A DNA stretch of 62,077 bases, the filler included. It is 7 parts of 7 records of this genome, joined end to end, with 100 filler letters (N's around TTAATTAATTAA, not from the genome) between each part and the next. Parts side by side here need not be neighbours in the genome. Positions count along the whole stretch, not along the records: positions 48,063 to 54,704 come from SRR31147125_4689; positions 54,805 to 62,077 come from SRR31147125_4703; 5 more parts are not named here. One strand, written 5' to 3'. Below the pieces are notes generated by a model that had not been told where the DNA came from, did no database searches, and saw only the letters and a list, made by a program, of their open reading frames with translations. Both the position numbers and the translations under genes were made by a program. Positions 53,144 through 62,077 of the stretch are shown in pieces. The first letter of the stretch is position 1. Every line of letters begins with the position of its first letter.

Positions 53144-53464
53144 TTACAGCCCTCTCAAGACATACAAAAACCCAAAACGGCACCATTTTACCAGGCGCCG
53201 TATTATCATATTTTACAAATAATAAAAAGATTTTACTATTATGTCAAGAAAATATTTAAATTAGCTTCTATTTATTTCTCTTAATGCCCTATTTCGATAA
53301 AATCAGCCCAAAAAAGTGTCGCCAAATGTCAAAAAACCCATTAAATCAGTAAACGGGAAAAACCCATTCCTGCAAACAGAAAGTGTTCCTCCCTATTACC
53401 AATTTAATAAAGAAATTTGTTTTTATCCGAAATCACATCAAAAAAATAAACACTCTTTTTAGAT

Positions 53465-53869
53465 CTAATTACGCGAAGCAATCTTTAGACGATTCAGAGC
53501 ACGCATTAAAGACACTTTCGCTCGGTCCATGTCTGTATCCGCATCTTTTTGTTCCAAACGCTTCATGGCACGATTACGAGATTTTTCTGCGCGCTCGACA
53601 TCAATTTCAGTTGCTTCCTCAGCGGACTCGGCCAGTATCGTCATTTTTTCATTTATGACTTCAGCAAACCCTTTGCCCGTTGCAAATTTTAACTTTTTCT
53701 TATCCACCTCAACTTCGGTCACGCCAATCTTTAATGCCGTTAAAAAAGGAGTATGCTTGGCAAGTACACCAAAATAACCAGCGACTCCCGGAGCTTTAAC
53801 ATGTGATACATCATTCGAATAAACGACCCGATGCGGTGTTACGATCTCAAGCTTAAAGTATGTATCCAT
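53465..53869 (-). CDS. atpC: F1F0 ATP synthase epsilon subunit
   Basis: LEIVTP, PGVAGYFGVLAKH, ILAESAE, EIDVERA, RALNRL. Confidence 0.96.
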   Translation of the reverse strand: MDTYFKLEIVTPHRVVYSNDVSHVKAPGVAGYFGVLAKHTPFLTALKIGVTEVEVDKKKLKFATGKGFAEVINEKMTILAESAEEATEIDVERAEKSRNRAMKRLEQKDADTDMDRAKVSLMRALNRLKIASRN

Positions 53870-53920
53870 TGTACGCTATTTTAAGTATATAAATTAATGT
53901 ATATGAGATTTCAGATTATA

Positions 53921-54704
<784 letters not shown>

Positions 54705-54804
54705 NNNNNNNNNNNNNNNNNNNNNNNNNNNNNNNNNNNNNNNNNNNNTTAATTAATTAANNNNNNNNNNNNNNNNNNNNNNNNNNNNNNNNNNNNNNNN
54801 NNNN
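54705..54804. other. Artificial contig linker
   Basis: N44-TTAATTAATTAA-N44. Confidence 0.99.
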
Positions 54805-54806
54805 AA

Positions 54807-55097
54807 AATGAATATGCCAAAACATATGTTGGGAAAGGTGCAACAATTGGTGCCAACGCAACTATCGTTTGTGGAAACAATATAGGTAAGTACGCATTTA
54901 TTGGCGCAGGTGCCGTGGTTACCAAAGAGATTTCCGACTACTCACTTTGGGTTGGAAATCCGGCAAAACAAACCGGCTGGATGAGCGAATACGGACAAAA
55001 ACTGGAATTTAATAAAGGAGGAATTGCCGTGTGTCAGGAAAGTGGAGATAAATACATGTTAAAAACTGGGAGTGTAGATAAATTGCAAAAAGAATAG
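54807..55097 (+). CDS. wbpD: WbpD-type hexapeptide N-acetyltransferase, 5'-truncated
   Basis: Frame from 54807: GATIGANATIVCG...AFIGAGAVVTK...GNPAKQTGWMSEYG. Confidence 0.82.
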   Translation, partial: NEYAKTYVGKGATIGANATIVCGNNIGKYAFIGAGAVVTKEISDYSLWVGNPAKQTGWMSEYGQKLEFNKGGIAVCQESGDKYMLKTGSVDKLQKE

Positions 55098-55101
55098 AAA
55101 A

Positions 55102-55260
55102 TTGTTAAACTGTTTGGACTGTTAATACGGTTATGGCTGTTAGAAATGTTAACAAACCAATAAGCTAACACAAGCTAAAAACAATAACAAGCTAACAGGC
55201 AAATAAAATAATAATCTATCAATACCAACATTCCAACGAGTTAACAAAACGAACAACAAA
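55102..55260. repeat. Degenerate short repeats in two inverted blocks
   Basis: Left arm has repeated TGTTA/TGTTT. Right arm has repeated TAACA, CAAGCTAA and CCAAC. Confidence 0.55.
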
Positions 55261-55261
55261 A

Positions 55262-56227
55262 ATGAAGAATTTCGCATTAACAGGAGCTGCGGGTTACATT
55301 GCCCCCCGACATATGAAAGCCATTAAAGAAACCAATAACAACCTGGTTGCAGCACTCGATCCATACGACGGGGTGGGAATTATAGACAGTTATTTCCCTG
55401 ATGCCGACTTTTTTACTGAATTCGAACGGTTCGACCGTCATGTGGATAAACTGCGCAGAAAAGGAACAAACGTAGATTTTGTAAGTATTTGCTCGCCTAA
55501 CTTTTTACACGATGCACATATTCGGTTTGGATTGCGAAATGGTGCCGATGTAATTTGCGAAAAACCAATTGTCCTGAATCCCTGGAATGTGGAAGCATTA
55601 AAAGAAATTGAAAAAGAAACCGGGAAAAATATATTTAACATTTTACAATTACGATTACACCCCAGCGTAATTGCGTTAAAAAAGAAAATTGAGAACGGCA
55701 AACCCGATAAAATATACGATGTTGATTTAACCTATTTAACAGCGCGCGGACATTGGTATTACACCAGTTGGAAAGGCGATGTAACAAAATCGGGTGGGGT
55801 AGCTACAAATATTGGCGTTCATTTTTTCGATATGCTCACCTGGGTTTTTGGCGATATTAAAGAGAATATTGTGCATTTACATGAGCACGACCGGGCTGCC
55901 GGATTCCTGCATCTCGAAAAAGCCCGGGTGCAGTGGTTTCTGAGTATTAATGTTGATACCATTCCCGTAGAGATTAAAAACAAAGGAATGCGCACTTTTC
56001 GTTCCATAACCATCGAAGGCGAAGAGTTTGAATTTAGTGGCGGTTTTACCGAATTACACACAAAAAGTTATCAGCACATTTTAAATGGTAAAGGATTTCG
56101 TATTTCGGAAGCCGAAAAAGCGATTCATGCTGTTCACAAAATCCGGCAAACTACACCAATCGGGTTAAAAGGAGAATATCATCCACTGGCAAAACTGCCG
56201 CTGAGTAAACATCCGTTTAACGAATAG
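55262..56227 (+). CDS. wbpB: WbpB-type UDP-GlcNAcA 3-dehydrogenase (Gfo/Idh/MocA family)
   Basis: GAAGYIAPRH, ICSPN.LHDAH, ICEKP, QLRLHP, SWKGD..KSGGVATNIGVHFFD. Confidence 0.92.
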   Translation: MKNFALTGAAGYIAPRHMKAIKETNNNLVAALDPYDGVGIIDSYFPDADFFTEFERFDRHVDKLRRKGTNVDFVSICSPNFLHDAHIRFGLRNGADVICEKPIVLNPWNVEALKEIEKETGKNIFNILQLRLHPSVIALKKKIENGKPDKIYDVDLTYLTARGHWYYTSWKGDVTKSGGVATNIGVHFFDMLTWVFGDIKENIVHLHEHDRAAGFLHLEKARVQWFLSINVDTIPVEIKNKGMRTFRSITIEGEEFEFSGGFTELHTKSYQHILNGKGFRISEAEKAIHAVHKIRQTTPIGLKGEYHPLAKLPLSKHPFNE

Positions 56228-56238
56228 AAGGTAGTTTT

Positions 56239-56370
56239 GGCACGAGACCGCTTCGTTACTGCGTACCTTGCGGAATCGTAAACCCGAACTAATTTGGAAT
56301 TCAAATCATGCTGCTCCTAAAAATCATTAGTAGCAAGAGTTAACGAGCGAGCATAGCGACCGCGGTTGCC
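56239..56370. other. GC-rich self-complementary intergenic element (REP/MITE-like or structured RNA)
   Basis: 5' GGCA..ACCGC-TTCGTT can pair with 3' AACGAG...GCGGT-TGCC; contains CGAGCGAGCATAGCGA. Confidence 0.35.
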
Positions 56371-56453
56371 CCACTCCCTTAGCAGTGAAATTGAAAGAAG
56401 TTAACATCCAAAACACTCTTATTCCAGCCTCACCAAAATAATTAGACTACAAT

Positions 56454-57719
56454 TTGAACAAACACATAAAAAATATCCGCGAGAAAGCCGGACGGCATAA
56501 AACGCTGATTCAGAATTTTTCGTATTTATCGGCTTTGCAAGTGTTTAATATGCTTTTGCCGTTAATTACTTATCCTTATTTGATTCGGGTTTTAGGAAAA
56601 GAAACCTATGGATTAGTAGTTTTTGCACAGGCTGTAATTGGATATCTTGTTATTTTAGTCGGTTTTGGATTTAATATTTCAGCCACAAAGGAAGTAAGTA
56701 TTCATCGCAATAATAAAGAGAAACTGAGTGAAATAGTTAGTAGTGTTTTAATTATAAAAAGTGGTCTTTTTCTTATTTCAATGATCATTCTTTGCTCTTT
56801 GGTTTTCTTAATCCCACAGGCTAAGGAATATAAAATTTTATTTTTCCTTACTATGTGGATGTGCTTATATGACGTGATTTTCCCTATATGGTATTTCCAG
56901 GGAATTGAGAAGATGAAATACATTACCTATATTACATTGGTGAGCAGGTTAACATTTCTAGGATTAATTTTTATTCTTATTCACAATTCTTTAGACTATC
57001 TTTTTATCCCTATTATAAACGGTGTTGGAGCTTTGCTTGCAGGAATAGCTTCATTATATATTGTATTTAGAAAACACAAACTAATTTTCCAAATTCCAAC
57101 AATAACATTATTATATAAATATTTTAAGGAATCTTTAATACTTTTTACATCAAGAATTTCAAGTCTGAAAGACAATACACCTATTTTACTAATAGGCCTT
57201 TCTTTAGGCAATGAGTCAGTAGCTTACTATGATTTAGCAAATAAAATAGTACGAATTATTATTTCTGTTTTTGATAACGTAACAAAGGTCGTATTTCCAG
57301 TTATTGCTAATAACAAAGATTCCAATTTTACTAAAAAAATTATAAAATTTGAATTTGCTTTTCTAATGATATTTTACATTTTATTATGCGTTTTTGCATA
57401 TCATATTATTTTAATATTAGGAGGGATTGAAATGTTACCAGCACTTCCAATCTTTTATATTTCAGGTTTATTATTGTTAAGACCTTTAAGTTCATTGATT
57501 GGTACTACGATTTTAATTACTAATAATCTAAATAAAGAGTTTTCACTGAATCTGCTTTATTCCACTATCTTTTATTTTGGAATAACATTAGTATTATTCC
57601 CCCTTAATTTAGTTAATGTTAATACATTAGCATTAACAATTGTAATTGCACTTTTCTTTGAGATTGGACATCGATTGTATTTAATTAAGAAGAATAATTT
57701 AATTAATTGGATATTGTAA
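56454..57719 (+). CDS. wzx: Polysaccharide flippase
   Basis: NFSYLSALQ..LPLITYPYLIRVLG..YG, FGFN, WYFQGIEKM, many TM helices. Confidence 0.92.
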   Translation: MNKHIKNIREKAGRHKTLIQNFSYLSALQVFNMLLPLITYPYLIRVLGKETYGLVVFAQAVIGYLVILVGFGFNISATKEVSIHRNNKEKLSEIVSSVLIIKSGLFLISMIILCSLVFLIPQAKEYKILFFLTMWMCLYDVIFPIWYFQGIEKMKYITYITLVSRLTFLGLIFILIHNSLDYLFIPIINGVGALLAGIASLYIVFRKHKLIFQIPTITLLYKYFKESLILFTSRISSLKDNTPILLIGLSLGNESVAYYDLANKIVRIIISVFDNVTKVVFPVIANNKDSNFTKKIIKFEFAFLMIFYILLCVFAYHIILILGGIEMLPALPIFYISGLLLLRPLSSLIGTTILITNNLNKEFSLNLLYSTIFYFGITLVLFPLNLVNVNTLALTIVIALFFEIGHRLYLIKKNNLINWIL

Positions 57720-58645
57720 TGAAGAACTATTTGGTATCAATCATAATACCAACTTATAATCAAAAAGAATATATTGGTCAAGCAATTGAGAGTGCTTTAA
57801 TCCAAGACTATTCAAATTTGGAAATAATTATAGCTGATGATAAATCAACAGATAACACGATAGAGTTTGTTAGAAGTTATTTACAAATTGATTCCCGAGT
57901 TAAATATTTTTGTAATTCGGAAAATTTAGGAAGAGTCAACAATTATAGAAAAGCTTTATATGAATATGCATCCGGTGATTTAGTTTTAAATTTGGATGGA
58001 GATGACCTATTAATTGATAGCACTTTTATTAGTGAAAGTGTTAAACTTTTTATTAAATACCCACACAGTAATTTGTTAGTTGGTGGTAAACAATATAGAA
58101 TTAATAGTAAAGTTGTTGAAGTCTTTCATGTAGTTGATTCTCAGGTTGAATACATAGATGGTTTGCATTTTATTTTAAATTTATTTATTAAATATAAATT
58201 TTCTCATCTGACTACAATTTATAAACGAAATGAAGCAATAAAACTTAATTTTTTCCGAGAAGATATTATTTCAAGTGATATGGAATCTATTTTAAGATTA
58301 GCACTTCTTGATCATGTTCTAATTTATAACAAGATAGTTGCACAATGGAATTATACTGGAAAAAACGAAAGTACAAATCAGGAATTTTCAACTGCTATTC
58401 GTAATTTAATTTGGATAAAAAATGTTTATAACGAAATACGACATTATTCAAATGTTATAGTTGCGTTAGTTTGGAAAATGCGGATGAAATATATTTACTC
58501 AACAGCATTATATTTTGTATTGAAAAAACAAAAAAGCATTTCATTTAAACAATTCTTGATATTAATTAAGCAGGGAATTTTATTTATTACAATATTGAAA
58601 ATAACAAGTATTAGCTTAAAAAAAATATTTCAAATACGTAATTAA
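57719..58645 (+). CDS. Family 2 glycosyltransferase
   Basis: VSIIIPTYN, DDKSTD, LDGDD; TAATG coupling to wzx. Confidence 0.9.
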   Translation: MKNYLVSIIIPTYNQKEYIGQAIESALIQDYSNLEIIIADDKSTDNTIEFVRSYLQIDSRVKYFCNSENLGRVNNYRKALYEYASGDLVLNLDGDDLLIDSTFISESVKLFIKYPHSNLLVGGKQYRINSKVVEVFHVVDSQVEYIDGLHFILNLFIKYKFSHLTTIYKRNEAIKLNFFREDIISSDMESILRLALLDHVLIYNKIVAQWNYTGKNESTNQEFSTAIRNLIWIKNVYNEIRHYSNVIVALVWKMRMKYIYSTALYFVLKKQKSISFKQFLILIKQGILFITILKITSISLKKIFQIRN

Positions 58646-58649
58646 TTTT

Positions 58650-59635
58650 ATGTTTGAAAAGAAAAATGAACTTGCAATTTCTGTTATAATGTCCATTTTT
58701 AATGAACCAGAAAAATGGTTAAGGGAATCAATTGAATCTATATTAAAACAAACGTTTACAGAGTTTGAATTTATAATTATCAATGATAATCCTGATAGGG
58801 AGTTGAATGAAAATATTCTAAACGAATACAAAAAACAGGATGATCGAATAATTATCATTAAAAATGATGAAAATATTGGTTTAACCAAATCCTTAAACTT
58901 AGGTTTAAATGCTGCAAAAGGCAAATATATTGCTAGAATGGATGCTGATGATATTTCACTTCCAGGGAGATTTCAGTTTCAATTTGAATTTATGGAAGCA
59001 AATAACGATTGCGTTGTGTGTGGAACGCAGGTTAATTATATTGGTGATTCATTCCGAAGTAAATTACCCTGGTTGAAAGAAATGGATTTGGATTTAAAAG
59101 CTACTTTGATTTGGGGAAGTATTTTTGCTCATCCGACTGTTTTTTTAAGGCATTCCATTTTGAAGAAACATAAAATTAATTATAATGAAGATTTTATACA
59201 ATCACAGGATTATCGTTTATGGATAGATTTATATGATAAAGGAACGTTTTATAATATTCAAAAGATTTTATTACAATATCGTAAATCAAATAAACAGATT
59301 TCGTCCAATAATAATGATAATCAACTTCGTTTAGCCAAAAAGATTAGAAGGGAGTTAATTAATGTTATTGGTTCAGAAATTAAATACAACTTTCAACTAC
59401 CTGATTCCATTGATTTTCTTAGCATAAAAAAGTTTTATGTTGATTTTAAAAAAATGGCATTAATAAATAACTCAACTATTTATTTACTGCAGGTACTTAT
59501 TGTTTCAATGAAGAAGAAAAAATGAGTAATATTTTCTGGATGATTTATATTAGTATCAAACACGGTATTGGTAAAGATTTCAGAGCACTTTCAAGATTAT
59601 TAAAAAGCTATCGGAATGAGAATTCACTTATTTAG
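58650..59635 (+). CDS. Family 2 glycosyltransferase; probable A-run frameshift near 59520 (as written it stops at 59525)
   Basis: ISVIMSIFN, GLTKSLN, YIARMDADD, HPTV, QDY. Confidence 0.85.
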
Positions 59636-60917
59636 TCAATACTCAATTCATTTAAAAGTGAAGCAATTTCTATTGATTCTGCTTATTTTTCTAACTGTGT
59701 TTTCGCCAAGATTACCTTTTTTTATAATGGTACAATTTTTTCTTTAACTGTAGCAATACCGTTTACTCTTATAAGTACAGGTAGTTTGTCACGTTTATTT
59801 TTTATTGAAACAGAAATATATTTTATATATCATTTTTGCTCCATTGATTATTGCTTGTATAACTGTTTTTATTACATCATTGCATGGACAATATGATTTT
59901 TCGATGGTTAAAACACTGGTTAATCAGAGTTTTACGGTATTTGTTGTTGTCGTAATATTAGCAATTGCATTAAAAGATGAACTGAGTATACATAGCATTC
60001 ACAAACTTATTTGGTTTGCTTTTTTATTACAATCTGTAAGTATTTTAATTGCATTTACATATCCTCCTTATAAAGAGATTGTTAGAAGCTTACAGCCCGA
60101 ATCATTTAGAGAAATGGATAATTATCGTGGTGGAATAAGAACTTTAACAATAACATCCACTGGTTTTTTTGGACTTGGAATTACATATGGGTTATTATTT
60201 ATTCTTTACGTAACAAATTTAATTGATAATAACCGGATTAAAATTTTTGATTTAATAATGTATTTTCTTTTTATTATTTCTATGTTTTTTATTTCAAGAA
60301 CCGGTTTTATTGGTTTAGTAATAAGTTTAGTAATATTAGTTTTATATTCTTCCGGATTTAAGAAATTATCGGGAACGTTTTTAAAATTATTTCTATTAAT
60401 CGTTTTATTACTTTTTATAGGTAGCCAATTTATTGATAAATCTACATTAGATTCTGTTCGAAATTATGTTATCCCGTTTGCTTTTGAAATGTTTGTTTCA
60501 AATGGAAACTTCGAAACGACATCAACAAATACATTGTTTTCAATGTGGAATATACCAATTACCGCAAAAGATTTACTTTTTGGAACAGGATTATATACGA
60601 ATGCTGATGGTAGTTATTTCATGCATACTGATGTTGGTTTTTTAAGAAACATATTATTTGGAGGTGTTGGATTTTTATTGTTATTTATTCTTCATGAGAT
60701 AATTCTTCTCAACGGTGCAATTAGATATGCATATGGTCAAAAAATGAGAAAGTTGGTTTTATTTCTTTTATTATTTGCATTTATTTTAATTACTCATTTA
60801 AAAGGTGAAACTGTTGGTTTTGCAATTGCTTATCATAGTTTGTTATATTTTTATTTAATTCCAATTTATTATTACGCAAAAATGAAAGTCTATAGACCTG
60901 AATTTATTAATAATTGA
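59616..60917 (+). CDS. wzy: Putative polysaccharide polymerase, N terminus broken by T-run frameshifts
   Basis: Multi-TM protein in a GT cluster with SRTG, FGTG, TDVGFLR and LKGE. A hydrophobic frame begins at ATG 59616. Confidence 0.7.
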
Positions 60918-60954
60918 ATCGGTATAACTAATTATTTTTAGCTATCATATAATT

Positions 60955-61762
60955 ATGCAAATTGAATTTGTGATTTCAACCATGAACAGAACAGAGTTCT
61001 CATTTATTGAGAAAATGTTTAAGAATCTGGGAACTAAAAGTTATTCGATATTAGTAATTAATCAATGTTCGAATGTTAATAAAGTTGATGTGCAAAAAAT
61101 AGAATATGAGAATGCTAGAGTGATTTCTGTGTCGGAAACCGGTTTGTCAAAAAGCAGAAATTTAGGTTTAAAAAATGCAACAGGTGAAATTTGTGTTTTT
61201 ACAGATGACGATGTAATCTTTGAAACTAACATTTTAGAAATAATTGAAAATTGTTTTTCAAAAAAGATAGATGTTTGCACCTTTAAAGCTTATTTTCAAA
61301 ATGGAGTTCCAATGAAACCTTATAAAGAAAAAGCTTTAAACATAATTTAAAAACAATAATGCGGATTTCTTCAATTGAAGGAGCTTTTCGATTGAAATTC
61401 CTAAAAAAGAATAACCTTAAATTTGATAATTTGTTTGGTTTAGGGGCTCAGTTTCCAGCATGCGAAGAAAATATATTCTTTAAGGATTTGTTGAAAGCAA
61501 ATGCACAAATTTATTATTTCCCTGAAATAATAGTGTCTCATCCTTTTGAAACAACCGGTGGAATTTTAAACGCTAAAGGTGTTTACACTAGGGGAGCTGC
61601 ATTTTTCAGAATGTATGGGATGATAGGTGTTTTGATAGCAATTGTTTTTGTATTAAATAAGAGAAAAAAATACAAACTTTTAATATTACAGTTTGGAAAT
61701 CAATTAATTTGATTTGGAGAGGTTTTAGAGATTATAAAAATGTTTTGAATTCAGAAAAGTAA
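60955..61762 (+). CDS. Family 2 (GT-A) glycosyltransferase, frameshifted near 61335 and probably near the end
   Basis: ISTMNR, INQ, GLSKSRN, FTDDD, then SSIE, FDNLFGLGA, EENIF. Confidence 0.8.
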
Positions 61763-61868
61763 ATTTTTTGCTGGTATTCTGATAAATTCAGTTGTAATTT
61801 TGAAAACTACACTTATATTTTTTGATTACCATAGAATTTGATATGCGATAGAAAAGTAAGATTAAATT

Positions 61869-62077
61869 ATGAATTTATTAGTTAGCATTATTACTCCTAC
61901 ATATAATTCAGAAAAATATATTGGTTTTACCATTGAATCAATATTAAATCAAACCTATTCTAGTTGGGAACTATTAATTACAGATGATTGTTCCACTGAT
62001 AAAACGAGAGATATATTGCAGGAATATGCAGATAATGACAAAAGAATCAAGATTTTTCGATTAGAAAAAAACTCAGG
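61869..62077 (+). CDS. Family 2 glycosyltransferase (TuaG-like), 3'-truncated, not in the ORF track
   Basis: MNLLVSIITPTYNSEKYI...ITDDCSTD...NSG. Confidence 0.88.
   Translation, partial: MNLLVSIITPTYNSEKYIGFTIESILNQTYSSWELLITDDCSTDKTRDILQEYADNDKRIKIFRLEKNS

Overview
This window is not one replicon. It is seven unrelated contigs joined by 100-nt linkers (N44-TTAATTAATTAA-N44) at 8894, 18793, 31111, 40326, 47963 and 54705, so no gene linkage can be inferred across the linkers. About 15 genes carry small frameshifts, mostly in homopolymer runs, which I read as sequencing or assembly indels. Contig 1 (1-8893, AT-rich diderm): GAF/HD-GYP, MBL hydrolase, TPR plus Slam-like beta-barrel, FecR-domain protein with an acidic tail, two paralogous lipoproteins, and a CHASE2 receptor. 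Contig 2 (8994-18792): TctCBA transporter, fucose/arabinose-isomerase-like protein, M24 hydrolase, APC permease, FAH hydrolase, orphan binding protein, ROK regulator. Contig 3 (18893-31110): membrane PPase, ArsR, ArsP-type permease, two unannotated Cys-rich mini-proteins with a fluoride-riboswitch-like leader between them, sirtuin, TRAP transporter, metallophosphoesterase, cobU, mfd. Contig 4 (31211-40325, Desulfobacterota-like): MacAB-type exporter coupled to a YprB-like nuclease, tandem NrdR-like boxes, a divergent 5'-nucleotidase with an upstream sORF, a PAS-like protein. Contig 5 (40426-47962, spirochaete-like): murE, ddl, dinB, trmL, proC, serS, pncB, amidase. Contig 6 (48063-54704): two large Glt-like TPR proteins, atpC, atpD. 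Contig 7 (54805-62077, Bacteroidota-like): polysaccharide locus with wbpD, wbpB, wzx, GT2s and wzy. The best candidates for new biology are the contig 1 surface-signalling cassette, the Cys-rich mini-protein pair with its variant crcB-like RNA, and the NrdR-box nuclease/nucleotidase/exporter locus. All product and taxonomic calls come from motif recognition by eye; no database searches were run.
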